This document shows, in pieces, positions 10,201-17,743 of a DNA stretch of 64,000 nt. This DNA is from an uncultured virus (IMG/VR IMGVR_UViG_3300021197_001844) (lineage: Duplodnaviria; Heunggongvirae; Uroviricota; Caudoviricetes), in IMG/VR virus record IMGVR_UViG_3300021197_001844, one strand, 5' to 3'. The translations under genes and the position numbers were made by a program. The notes under the pieces were generated by a model. The model saw only the letters and a program-made list of their open reading frames with translations. It was not told the origin of the DNA and did not search any database. Numbering within the stretch: position 1 is the first letter of the stretch; each line of letters starts with the position of its first letter.

Positions 10201-10410
10201 ATTAGCTAACGAAGACAGAAACTCAGCACAAAGCTGAAAATACTCTGGACTGAGTTGGGTTTTAGTGTGGGCAATATCGCCGCAATGCACAATAAAGTCT
10301 GGTTGCTCTGAGGCTAACGATTCATAGAGATTGCGAAAGGCTATTCTATATTCATCATGATACTTTAAATTTCTTATATGTGTGTCTGCAAGGTGTGCTA
10401 TTGTATACAT
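7258..10410 (-). CDS. Fused Mre11/SbcD nuclease - Rad50/SbcC ATPase (gp47-gp46 fusion)
   Basis: Phosphoesterase motifs ADTH, GD, GNHD, HG, GDIH; Walker A GRNYSGKSS; coiled coil with CVYC hook; signature 'SMGSGAEK'; Walker B ILDEP; H-loop ISH. Confidence 0.93.
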   Translation of the reverse strand: MYTIAHLADTHIRNLKYHDEYRIAFRNLYESLASEQPDFIVHCGDIAHTKTQLSPEYFQLCAEFLSSLANIAPTYVILGNHDGNLKNENRQDALTPIINALKHPRLHLLKNSGEVHIDDGMAINVLSVFDRDNWLKPTAPDKINVALYHGAIAGSQTGANWTMDQGDDRVTIFRDFDFAMLGDIHRQQALDTEGRVRYCGSTIQQKFSESPQKGYLLWKIENKDKFSAKNIYITNPRPFITIRLTAAGNLPDDAHAPRNCRLRLVSRTNLPSDKLRKARALAEAKWNPYSVAVLNGKESSTHYDDGNYANSVISENLRDISVQEKHIRDYLSDMELEEPVLEKVLEYNKKYNILAEQGEEISRNVIWKIKSLEWDNLFNYGKQNKVDFANLRGLVGIFGRNYSGKSSIIDSLLFTLFNSTSKGERKNVYVVNQNRERAKGRVQIDIGDKTYQVVRNLEKYKKKSRKGETLEARVDLDFSLISEDESLNGTTRTETDANIRKRFGTMEDFLLTSMSSQLDSLSFVKEGVTKRKEILAKFLDLQVFDKKFKLAKKEASELKALVKKLNEKQWDKEIVKHTEILEEVAVDIQKQRSVCSGIQIRKEELVDELQAIQTKIDNIPAVLIDIDKVSAAIVQKRKRRAMLIENNVDIEMNVKNTQSSLESCQELVKSVDYDKLVSIIEKADDLGAKIKDLESKRRALVRDQDGLNKKIKMLHSHEYDPDCVYCSSNKFVKDAEKAKKTLPKVIEDIRVMDNIKAGFSATLGALNIADINAEVADYNLKLKTVGESKRRIETLALTLSSNKDKISLLNNEIADMQAKAKEYEDNRETIENLGTLNREKTAIEKFLRQKKIEYDRCQDKITKYLVEQGASHATLKSLQSNKKELEEIEKEWVAYDLFLQCMHPNGIPYRIIKQKLPLLNEEIAKILGNIVDFEVFFESVGDKLDINIKHPFYDPRPLSMGSGAEKTLASMAIRLALITITNLPKSELFILDEPATALDQEHMEGFTNLLRIIKNQFKTVILISHLDSLKDVVDMTIDINKIDGYANVNI

Positions 10411-10595
10411 TAGTCCTCCGGATTAAGTTTGTTTTCTATCATCATGATGACTTGCTTGATGGTAGGCACAGTAGTTTTCAAAAGACGATAGTAATCTTCG
10501 TTCTCTAATATTGCCATTGTCATCATGATAAGTTCTCTATGCATCTTTTTGAGTTTCATATAATCTCGTTCTAAAAATTCTCTTTCTCTATTCAC
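10410..10595 (-). CDS. Hypothetical protein
   Basis: GTG start with GGAGG RBS; TAATG overlap with the downstream gene. Confidence 0.65.
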   Translation of the reverse strand: MNREREFLERDYMKLKKMHRELIMMTMAILENEDYYRLLKTTVPTIKQVIMMIENKLNPED

Positions 10596-10604
10596 ATTAC
10601 CCTC

Positions 10605-10817
10605 CTATCTAATTGTTATTCTGCCTTCTGTGCCGGATGCTCCCCCAACGTGATATTCAAGTCTGTACGTGTCTATTATCTTTGACACAAGCCTCTTCAT
10701 CTCATCTGACTTTCCTGTTATGATTGTCATTCTTTTACCCCAATTCTGATTTATAAACCGGTGGCATCTAATAACAACCTCTTCGTAATTGAATCCGTGC
10801 AAATCTAATTCTCTCAT
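10605..10817 (-). CDS. Stand-alone Smr/MutS2 C-terminal domain protein
   Basis: 'ELDLHG' and 'IITGKS' are Smr-domain motifs; start at MRELDLHG with GGAGG RBS. Confidence 0.8.
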   Translation of the reverse strand: MRELDLHGFNYEEVVIRCHRFINQNWGKRMTIITGKSDEMKRLVSKIIDTYRLEYHVGGASGTEGRITIR

Positions 10818-10818
10818 A

Positions 10819-11190
10819 TTATCCTCCTTCTTTTTTTTCCTTCGATATTGGTTCAACCACTTTCTTTCTTTTTGGCAGAACTTTCTTCTTTTTAATCTTT
10901 GGTCGTAGTTTCGGCTTCTTCACCTTTGGGCCCTTTACCGGCGGCTTATTCTTAGGGTGGTTACTTGGGGGCTTAGTCTTTGGGGCACTTGGGGAGCGAC
11001 GCTTTGGTGGACGCACAATGACCCTTTCCTTTTGTCTTCCATTTTTTATTATAACCGTTTTTTTTTCTACGATGACCTTCTTTATTACAACCTCTTTTGG
11101 TGGCTCATTCTCAAGCACTACCTTGTGTTCGTAGTTGATTGGTTCGTGTGCGACAATCTTAACCACACATGCAAATAATAATAGTATCAT
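10819..11190 (-). CDS. Putative lipoprotein with Lys/Pro-rich tail
   Basis: MILLLFA-C lipobox-like start followed by a low-complexity K/P-rich region. Confidence 0.55.
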   Translation of the reverse strand: MILLLFACVVKIVAHEPINYEHKVVLENEPPKEVVIKKVIVEKKTVIIKNGRQKERVIVRPPKRRSPSAPKTKPPSNHPKNKPPVKGPKVKKPKLRPKIKKKKVLPKRKKVVEPISKEKKEGG

Positions 11191-11621
11191 ACTGCTTCCA
11201 TCTCCATGTGCATATGTTTCAACTTGTCGTACTTCTCTTCTCTATGCAAAACGCTAAGGTGGATACCTCTCTTTCGTAATTTTGCTAAAAATTTATGATA
11301 GTCATCGCTATCATTAAATATCTCACTTAATGACATCATATAATATCCTCGTTCCCACTCAACTATACGATAGTCTTTCCACTGCTTAGGGTTCACGAAC
11401 CACCTCTTGACACCCACTTCAATGTCTCTACTTGAAAAGACTTCACCGCATGGATTCAATTCTTGTTTTATTTTGTTTTCAAGATTTTTAGCAAACTCCT
11501 CTCTTGTATCAGATTTATAATGCTCTACCAAAAAATGTTCATAAAACCTATCTCTTGGAATTCCAAACATTTTATCTCTGTTATTATTATCAACGCTAAG
11601 TTCAATAGTTAATTTATTCAC
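11187..11621 (-). CDS. Hypothetical protein
   Basis: 144-aa ORF; 4-nt overlaps on both sides; GGAGG RBS. Confidence 0.7.
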   Translation of the reverse strand: MNKLTIELSVDNNNRDKMFGIPRDRFYEHFLVEHYKSDTREEFAKNLENKIKQELNPCGEVFSSRDIEVGVKRWFVNPKQWKDYRIVEWERGYYMMSLSEIFNDSDDYHKFLAKLRKRGIHLSVLHREEKYDKLKHMHMEMEAV

Positions 11622-12556
11622 ATTATCCTCCTAAGTTCGTCCATCAAAAAATAATCATCATGGTCAATAGCTTGAGCCATTTGTTTCCGAGACAAAAAAG
11701 TACGAAACGGCATCTCCGCAATATCCTCAAAGCCGCTCGTATCAATCTTGTATAACTCTATATCATAGTATAACATATTTCTAATGATTTGTCCAGTCTT
11801 TTTTTCAGCATCCTTATCAAAGGCCATATAGACTGGTGTATCATTAATGGCGATTGCTTGGAATAGCTTTGTCCTGTCTCGGAGAGTTGACCCCAGAACA
11901 GGGATGGTGTTTTCCCCAGCCGCTATGGCATCAAAAACGCCTTCTACAAGAGTAATGGGTTCATCCCAGTCCACGTAGAGTTCGTTGAAAATAATGTCCT
12001 TTTCAGCCATTGGGTTGAGGTATCTCCACTTGTGTCCAACGTAAGAACGAGCAATGAAATAATTAACGTCCCCGTTGTTGTTGAAAGATGGTATAATGAT
12101 GCGGCCTGAATATCTGCCCTCAGCACAGTAGCCCATCTTCCATCGAAGAATGTCCTTCTTTGTTATATCTCTGCTTCTCAAATAATCAAGTGCTCTCTTA
12201 GAGGATCTGGGTAGATGCTTGTTGCAGAGCGAAATATATTCTTCCGGAAGGTCAATGGTTATCTCCTCTTCAATGTTATTAAGTTCATTAAAGATTTGAT
12301 CAAACTCTGATAGATCAAGTCTGCCTTCCAACTCAAGCCACTTCTGTCTTTGCTGGTACGTCCCGAACTTACGTACAATACGATAAGCGTTCTTGCCTCT
12401 TTTGTCGCATACCCAACAGTGCCAGCCTCGCTTGAGATTAATTGCAAGCTTCTTCTTATGGTGGTTGCAATACGGACAATGGTAATAAAGCTCACCACCC
12501 CGAGGAGTATTGGGTCTTCCGAGTATATCCGACAGTATTCTAACTTTTTCTTCCAT
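11618..12556 (-). CDS. DNA primase (zinc finger + TOPRIM)
   Basis: CPYC...HCWVC zinc-binding domain; 'GRIIIP'; TOPRIM 'EGVFD' and 'FDKDA'. Confidence 0.92.
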   Translation of the reverse strand: MEEKVRILSDILGRPNTPRGGELYYHCPYCNHHKKKLAINLKRGWHCWVCDKRGKNAYRIVRKFGTYQQRQKWLELEGRLDLSEFDQIFNELNNIEEEITIDLPEEYISLCNKHLPRSSKRALDYLRSRDITKKDILRWKMGYCAEGRYSGRIIIPSFNNNGDVNYFIARSYVGHKWRYLNPMAEKDIIFNELYVDWDEPITLVEGVFDAIAAGENTIPVLGSTLRDRTKLFQAIAINDTPVYMAFDKDAEKKTGQIIRNMLYYDIELYKIDTSGFEDIAEMPFRTFLSRKQMAQAIDHDDYFLMDELRRIM

Positions 12557-12566
12557 TTGTTACCTC

Positions 12567-13121
12567 CTATTGTTTACTAAACCCTGCTCCAGATAACCTA
12601 TTTCCTTTAACATAAAGGCACTCATTCGACAAGCCAATATCCAATAAAAGATTCCAAAGCATTTTTGAATTTTGAAATTTTTTAGCTTCATTTCTTAACT
12701 TGTGAATTCTGCTGACTAGATTTCCATTTTTAGCAATTATTCTCCATGGCCACTTGTCATATTTTCTTAATTCTTTTTTATGACATTTGAACTCATCATA
12801 GGCCACGCTCAGAATCTCAATCTCTTTTTGCGATGGTTTATAGTTTTTAATCATTTTATAATATTTTGCAACCTGTTCTTGATTGATTTTAATAACACCC
12901 AACCATTTTTCTGAGGTTCCCTCATCTGATCGTGTCATCCAATCTACTTGCTTTATATAAAATTCAAGCCCTCTAAATAATTGCACAATTGTAAACAAAC
13001 ACACAATTTCATCTCGCCCTAGCTTTGATTCCCATGAAACACAAAACTTCCTAATGGTATTCTCATCAGGGCAAACTTTAAATTGGCTTAGCCACTCCTC
13101 TTCTTTAGCTTTCCCTTCCAT
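12567..13121 (-). CDS. Hypothetical protein
   Basis: 184-aa ORF with GGAGG RBS in an operon context. Confidence 0.7.
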   Translation of the reverse strand: MEGKAKEEEWLSQFKVCPDENTIRKFCVSWESKLGRDEIVCLFTIVQLFRGLEFYIKQVDWMTRSDEGTSEKWLGVIKINQEQVAKYYKMIKNYKPSQKEIEILSVAYDEFKCHKKELRKYDKWPWRIIAKNGNLVSRIHKLRNEAKKFQNSKMLWNLLLDIGLSNECLYVKGNRLSGAGFSKQ

Positions 13122-13296
13122 TATTCCTCCTATTGACTGGTTTGTCTTTGATAAACTTTGGATGGAACGGTTGGACTATCCCGTTAGCAAAGCCAACAAT
13201 ATAATGCTTGCCCTTTAGTCCCACCACTATTCCCATCTCTGGGTATCTCATCTCTAACATGGATTTGCTCATGTACGCTAAATCACCTATTTTCAT
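13105..13296 (-). CDS. Small SH3-like 'MKxGDL' family protein
   Basis: MKIGDLAY...GIVVG; TAATG overlap with the upstream gene. Confidence 0.7.
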   Translation of the reverse strand: MKIGDLAYMSKSMLEMRYPEMGIVVGLKGKHYIVGFANGIVQPFHPKFIKDKPVNRRNNGRES

Positions 13297-13478
13297 TAAA
13301 CACCTCCACATATTAGCTTTAATTCTCTCTCGTTATACCAGCCGACTTCATTGTTGTCCCACCCTACTTTGAGCATGAGGCCATCAGGCGTATTAAGCAT
13401 ATCCAGAACAATCCCGGTTTGTTCATCAAATTCATAAAATTGTCTTGGATCTAGCCAGACCAAATCACCTAGTTTCAT
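13296..13478 (-). CDS. Small SH3-like 'MKxGDL' family protein
   Basis: MKLGDLVW...GIVLD...KVGW...LKLI. Confidence 0.7.
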   Translation of the reverse strand: MKLGDLVWLDPRQFYEFDEQTGIVLDMLNTPDGLMLKVGWDNNEVGWYNERELKLICGGV

Positions 13479-13686
13479 TTTGCCTACCAACTGCGATTAC
13501 GTCACCCTCTTTGCACTTACGAGAGTAGACATGTATTGTCGTGGGAGAGTACTGATGAAATAAGGCGTCATGAATCTCGATTGTGCAAATGCCCTTTTCT
13601 GCTTTATCTACCGTTCCTATAATTGTATATTCAATCTTAGGTTTTGAATGCGCCAAGCATCCTATAAATAATAATATATTAAACAT
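13465..13686 (-). CDS. Putative small lipoprotein
   Basis: MFNILLFIG-C lipobox-like start; GAGGT RBS. Confidence 0.55.
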   Translation of the reverse strand: MFNILLFIGCLAHSKPKIEYTIIGTVDKAEKGICTIEIHDALFHQYSPTTIHVYSRKCKEGDVIAVGRQNETR

Positions 13687-13852
13687 TAACTACCTCAAGT
13701 TTTTTTGCCTGCTCTGGTGTGAAGTGCCAATCACCATTGATACCATCCCACCTTACCACAACATACCCATCTTGTTTTATTTGTATAATTACACCATGAG
13801 CCTCGTCATGTTTCCACATAGGGCTCATCTTTACTCTATTACCCGTTTCCAT
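13679..13852 (-). CDS. Small SH3-like 'MKxGDL' family protein
   Basis: METGNRVKM...GVIIQI...VVRW...LEVV; the longer track ORF overlaps uvsE. Confidence 0.7.
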   Translation of the reverse strand: METGNRVKMSPMWKHDEAHGVIIQIKQDGYVVVRWDGINGDWHFTPEQAKKLEVVNV

Positions 13853-14759
13853 GGAAATCCTCACGGTATTTAAGTAATGCACGTTCTTTTCGCTTGCACT
13901 CAAGCACAACATCGACATCTTCGCCAAAGCTTTCAAATGGTGTATAGTACCAGTCGGAATGGGCGGTTGCACGAACTGTGTCATCTTCATGGAACTTTTT
14001 GGAGTTGGAGTGGTGACATTGCTGCTTGACACCACGGTTTTGCCATGTCTCACGAGCCATATAGAAAGCCTCTTTGTATGATATATCTTGGGGACCAAGC
14101 TCGTGGTGGTGAGAGTCAAAGACTATTGGAATACCAATACGAGAAGATACGCCGTCATACAGCATTTTAGTAGAAAAGAGAGAAGCTCGATCATCGTTCT
14201 CAACTGTGAGTCTTGATCTTGTACTTGGTAGTAGTCGTTCAAAGTTGCGACAGAATCTGTCAAGAGCTTTGTCATGCTCACCATAAGCACCACCGATATG
14301 AATATTGATTTTAGCCTGTGGAGATTGCGGAAGACCCATGAGATCCATTTGAATTGAGTGGGCATCCAACTCGGCAATAGTTTTGAGAACCACGTCTTTG
14401 CTTGGGGAAGCAAGACAATTAAAGGGACCGGGGTGAAATGATAAACGTTGTCCGCCAGACATTGCCATCTCACCTGCTTCGGACATAGTATCAGCAATAG
14501 CATCAATATCTGGCATAGTAAAAATATCATACTCCGAGAACCATGGGAAGAGGCATGATGTCATACGATATACATTGATACCGTGTGTGCCATTCCACTC
14601 GATGATTTTTTTAAGCGCACGAACGTTTGATAGCGCAAGTTCAGAAGCATATGGAACACCTTTTGCCTTGAACGTGCGCTTGATCATGCCACGGTTACAT
14701 GTGATTTTTTGTGCTTGCAGCGTTTCATTGATGCAGGCATAGCCTAAGTTGACAGTCAT
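13839..14759 (-). CDS. uvsE: UV-damage endonuclease UvsE (UVDE)
   Basis: 'LGYACIN', 'YRMTS', 'RLSFHPG', 'INIHIGG', 'RLTVENDD', 'FDSHHH', 'AHSD' and 'LECKRKE' are UVDE family motifs. Confidence 0.95.
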   Translation of the reverse strand: MTVNLGYACINETLQAQKITCNRGMIKRTFKAKGVPYASELALSNVRALKKIIEWNGTHGINVYRMTSCLFPWFSEYDIFTMPDIDAIADTMSEAGEMAMSGGQRLSFHPGPFNCLASPSKDVVLKTIAELDAHSIQMDLMGLPQSPQAKINIHIGGAYGEHDKALDRFCRNFERLLPSTRSRLTVENDDRASLFSTKMLYDGVSSRIGIPIVFDSHHHELGPQDISYKEAFYMARETWQNRGVKQQCHHSNSKKFHEDDTVRATAHSDWYYTPFESFGEDVDVVLECKRKERALLKYREDFHGNG

Positions 14760-14789
14760 GATGACCTCCGATGTGTTTGTGATATATAT

Positions 14790-14817
14790 ATAATAACACG
14801 TTCAGAAGTTTTGTCAA
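14790..14817 (-). promoter_or_regulatory. Sigma70-type promoter for the uvsE operon
   Basis: Minus strand TTGACA-N16-TATTAT with extended TG; GGAGGT RBS downstream. Confidence 0.75.
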
Positions 14818-15419
14818 ATTATTTTTCTTGGTCCTTTTCCGCTTTTCAACACAATCTCACATATATGTTCCAAGCGCTCGATATGTTCATAAGCATCCCA
14901 TGGATTGCTACCAACTGCACAAACACCATGATTCTTTTGACCGACAATATCATATTTAAGAATATTGCTATCTGACTCTTTCATTGCATGGTGAGTTGAG
15001 AATGCGAGTTCAACACTAGTCACAGGCATTACAGGCACAGAAGGCCCTACCTTAGTATACCTACTGACTTCTGGAAACTCTGCTGCCAACTCCTGTAGGT
15101 CCCATCCCGCATACATGGCCGCTATAATATTAGTAGGGTGAAGATGGACAACCGCACGAGTTGGTTTGTGAAACCTTTGTAGTCTGATATGCATATCGAG
15201 TTCGCCGGATGGGGTGGTACCCTTTGGTATGGTGCATCCGGCAGGTGTCATTTGTACTTTTATAATGTGTTCTGGGTGGATAATGGTTTTTCGCCATCCT
15301 GACGGTGTAATATATAGAGTTTTTGAGTTACGACGACAAAGAGAGATGTTGCCATCTCTCGTCGTTATCCAGCCTTTCTCATAGGCTTGGCGCATTACAT
15401 CGCCCATTGCTGTTAGCAT
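14814..15419 (-). CDS. Class II aldolase/adducin family protein
   Basis: 'DGNIS', 'ITPSG', 'PSGELDMH', 'VHLHP' and 'NHG' zinc-binding motifs. Confidence 0.9.
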   Translation of the reverse strand: MLTAMGDVMRQAYEKGWITTRDGNISLCRRNSKTLYITPSGWRKTIIHPEHIIKVQMTPAGCTIPKGTTPSGELDMHIRLQRFHKPTRAVVHLHPTNIIAAMYAGWDLQELAAEFPEVSRYTKVGPSVPVMPVTSVELAFSTHHAMKESDSNILKYDIVGQKNHGVCAVGSNPWDAYEHIERLEHICEIVLKSGKGPRKII

Positions 15420-16834
15420 TTATCTTCCTTCATTGATTTGGAACCACGACACTTCCACTTCTTTCGAGATAGTGCGTTGGCACACGGAGGATTTTTACAT
15501 TTTTTAATCTTGGCTGATCTTGCACAGTAAGCATCGCCCTTCTTTGTACCGGGACGAATTCTATCGCCTCCGCCTTTGGCTTTGCCTTTCTGTCCGAATG
15601 AGCGGCACTTGCCGTTAACCCTTTTAGCGAAGCGCTTTCCCTTTGATGGCTTGCAGGCTTTTTTCTTTTTCTTCTCTTCAAGTTCTTCTTCATTAACAAC
15701 TTGTTCTTGAATGCCATACGTCTTGCATGGGTCTTGGCCACAGCCGCAGTTCTTCTTGCCCTCTTTCTTTAGTGCCTTGTCAATTGTATCGGCTTGTTTG
15801 CCATGGGCTTTAACAGCGCCTCTTAATTGATCCTCGACATCTTCCAACTCTTCTTTTTCTTTGTCAGTAATTTCAGCTTCGTCGAGGGCTTCATTCTTTT
15901 TCGATTTGCCCCAGTTCTTGGCGCCTTTCTTACGACACTGGACTAAACGACCAGAAGCATAAGCGGATGGCCATTCTTTGGAGTTTGCTTTAACCTTATG
16001 GTAGCAAGCATCTTTTTTTGCTTTTTTCTTTCTTTGTCGCTTTGAGCCTTTTTTCTCATCTATAGCTGCTTCGACTTCTTCTTTGATAATCCGATGGAGT
16101 TCTTCACTGGTTAAATTCATTTCTTTTACCTCATTTTTTCTTGGTCCTCGCAATTGGATTGCCACGACCTGACATTCTCCAAAAAGCAGAAACTCTTGCT
16201 CACTCCTTGCGGGGTTGAGTTTTTTAATTCCATGGTCTTTTTTATATTCTCCGCCTTTGTATTTGGCAAACGGAGCAGTATCCATAAATAGCCCACTATC
16301 ACATTTGGCATGTAAGATGCAGCTAATTTCTCCACCCTCTGTTTGGTTTCCGGCAAATATCCCTGCGGTTCTTTTGCTCGCTGTCCAAGAACTGACTCCG
16401 CCATACTTGCCTTGTGATTTGTAAGTAAAGTTGGTTGGGAAAGGTTCATTATAATCAATTATGCCTGTGTCTGGTTTCATTGCCTCAAGAGCACCCGGGG
16501 CATTTTGCCTCACCCATTCGAGAGGTACAAACATCCCACGTAGCATTGATCCTTGGGGGTTGTTGCATTTGCTAAAATCCTCAGCATACTCACCCGATGC
16601 TAAGATTGATTTCAAAGCCTCAACACTCTCTGCATCTATCGGAGGCTCATCGCCTTTAACCCAATGACTTGTTGTGCTGAAATGCTTATAAAGCTGTAGG
16701 TATAATTTTTTTTCTATCTCGGTATCAGGCTCTCCGAATATATCTAAGTGTTTTTGATACATAGGATTAGCCGATGGCCAAACCCGTTTACCCAAGATAC
16801 CGTTTGATTCCTTAAGTTTGATTTTGACCCTCAT
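15413..16834 (-). CDS. ADP-ribosyltransferase-like domain fused to basic internal-head-type modules
   Basis: R-S-E motifs LRG / SSWT / EQEFL; in-frame internal ATG at 16120 (MNLTSEELHRIIKEE) with GAGGT RBS; K/C-rich modules 'KKDACYHKVK...WPSAYASG' and 'PGTKKGDAYCARS'. Start at 16834 inferred from an ATGA overlap. Confidence 0.7.
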   Translation of the reverse strand: MRVKIKLKESNGILGKRVWPSANPMYQKHLDIFGEPDTEIEKKLYLQLYKHFSTTSHWVKGDEPPIDAESVEALKSILASGEYAEDFSKCNNPQGSMLRGMFVPLEWVRQNAPGALEAMKPDTGIIDYNEPFPTNFTYKSQGKYGGVSSWTASKRTAGIFAGNQTEGGEISCILHAKCDSGLFMDTAPFAKYKGGEYKKDHGIKKLNPARSEQEFLLFGECQVVAIQLRGPRKNEVKEMNLTSEELHRIIKEEVEAAIDEKKGSKRQRKKKAKKDACYHKVKANSKEWPSAYASGRLVQCRKKGAKNWGKSKKNEALDEAEITDKEKEELEDVEDQLRGAVKAHGKQADTIDKALKKEGKKNCGCGQDPCKTYGIQEQVVNEEELEEKKKKKACKPSKGKRFAKRVNGKCRSFGQKGKAKGGGDRIRPGTKKGDAYCARSAKIKKCKNPPCANALSRKKWKCRGSKSMKEDKC

Positions 16835-17181
16835 TTCTTCTTGCCTCGCTTTTTGGCTTTCTTTCCCCAACTCTTGCCTTTACCACGCTCTTTGCAAGCG
16901 CCGGGTGTTGGCCTACAAGCAGGATATTTTTTGCGCTTCTCGCCCTTGGATCGGCCACAAGATTTATAACCGCCTTTACCATCAGGAGAATTACAGTCAA
17001 CCCAACCACCCTTCTTACCTTTGGCGCCTTTACGCTTAAACCAGTGGTGGAGAGAGCTTTCTTTACTAGATTCGGTACCGGCTTTCTTGCGCTTAGACTT
17101 TTTCTTTTTACGCTTCTCGTCAAGTACCGCTTCGAGTTCTTCTTGAATTATTATATGTAATTCTTTTGTTGTGATATCCAT
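16831..17181 (-). CDS. Highly basic protein with IIQEE leader (putative internal head / DNA-binding protein)
   Basis: MDITTKELHIIIQEELEAVLDE followed by a K/R/G-rich body with 'LHHWF', 'GGWVDC' and 'YPACRP'. Confidence 0.75.
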   Translation of the reverse strand: MDITTKELHIIIQEELEAVLDEKRKKKKSKRKKAGTESSKESSLHHWFKRKGAKGKKGGWVDCNSPDGKGGYKSCGRSKGEKRKKYPACRPTPGACKERGKGKSWGKKAKKRGKKK

Positions 17182-17200
17182 GCTTGAATTCCTTCAAACA

Positions 17201-17208
17201 TAAATAGT
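17201..17208 (-). promoter_or_regulatory. Candidate late promoter ACTATTTA
   Basis: Intergenic, ~20 nt upstream of 17181; a similar motif recurs before other late-type genes. Confidence 0.45.
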
Positions 17209-17215
17209 ATTTTAT

Positions 17216-17371
17216 TCACTTTCCATCCCTGTATGGTTCTAAATTGAGTACCCACTCGCTAGAAACGCTGCCGTCTGTTCTTAACACATCCCAGACTTTC
17301 TTAGCAACTGGTGATAGAAGAATAACAACATCACCACCGATGACAGTTTTGGCCAGATCTCCAATTTTCAT
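17216..17371 (-). CDS. Small SH3-like 'MKxGDL' family protein (below ORF-track cutoff)
   Basis: Hand-translated MKIGDLAKTVIGGDVVILLSPVAKKVWDVLRTDGSVSSEWVLNLEPYRDGK*; ATGA overlap. Confidence 0.7.
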   Translation of the reverse strand: MKIGDLAKTVIGGDVVILLSPVAKKVWDVLRTDGSVSSEWVLNLEPYRDGK

Positions 17372-17565
17372 TGGTCACCCCACGCTTCCCATTCTTTGTC
17401 TACATCAGGGTCAGTGACAACCTCTAGCATCTTGATCGGCTCTGCGTAAACATACTCTGAACCCGCCCACATCACACCAACAAGGTTATTAACCAAGACG
17501 GAGATAACCACACCATAGTTTTTATACTTATTGTTTTTAAATTTAACTAAATCACCCGCTTTCAC
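17368..17565 (-). CDS. Small SH3-like 'MKxGDL' family protein
   Basis: MKAGDLVKF...YGVVIS...VMW...LEVV; GTG start with GGAGGT RBS. Confidence 0.75.
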   Translation of the reverse strand: MKAGDLVKFKNNKYKNYGVVISVLVNNLVGVMWAGSEYVYAEPIKMLEVVTDPDVDKEWEAWGDQ

Positions 17566-17743
17566 TTACTACCTCCAAATTTTCAATTTTTTCAATTGAT
17601 GTAAAAGACCACTGGGTCCATTGTACTTCAACATATCTTTTACTAATAATCCTAATGACAAGGCCGATACCATATAACACTTCAGGTGCTTTATATGGAT
17701 CAACATCAAACACTAATGTTCCAAGCTTTATCCTATTAAACAT
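17552..17743 (-). CDS. Small SH3-like 'MKxGDL' family protein
   Basis: IKLGTLVF...GIGLVIR...EVQW...LEVVSE. Confidence 0.7.
   Translation of the reverse strand: MFNRIKLGTLVFDVDPYKAPEVLYGIGLVIRIISKRYVEVQWTQWSFTSIEKIENLEVVSESG

Noticed and set aside
797..12556. Inteins, introns or homing endonucleases in portal, terminase or primase
   Set aside because: Motif spacing and lengths are normal; no intein, LAGLIDADG or HNH signatures were recognised.
13853..14530. Minus-strand ORFs 13679..14119 (N-terminal part) and 14123..14530
   Set aside because: Out-of-frame overlaps with uvsE; only 13679..13852 looks like a real gene.
15430..17123. Alternate-frame ORFs 15430..15741, 16126..16458 and 16812..17123
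   Set aside because: By-products of A-rich Lys-coding sequence in the overlapping real genes.
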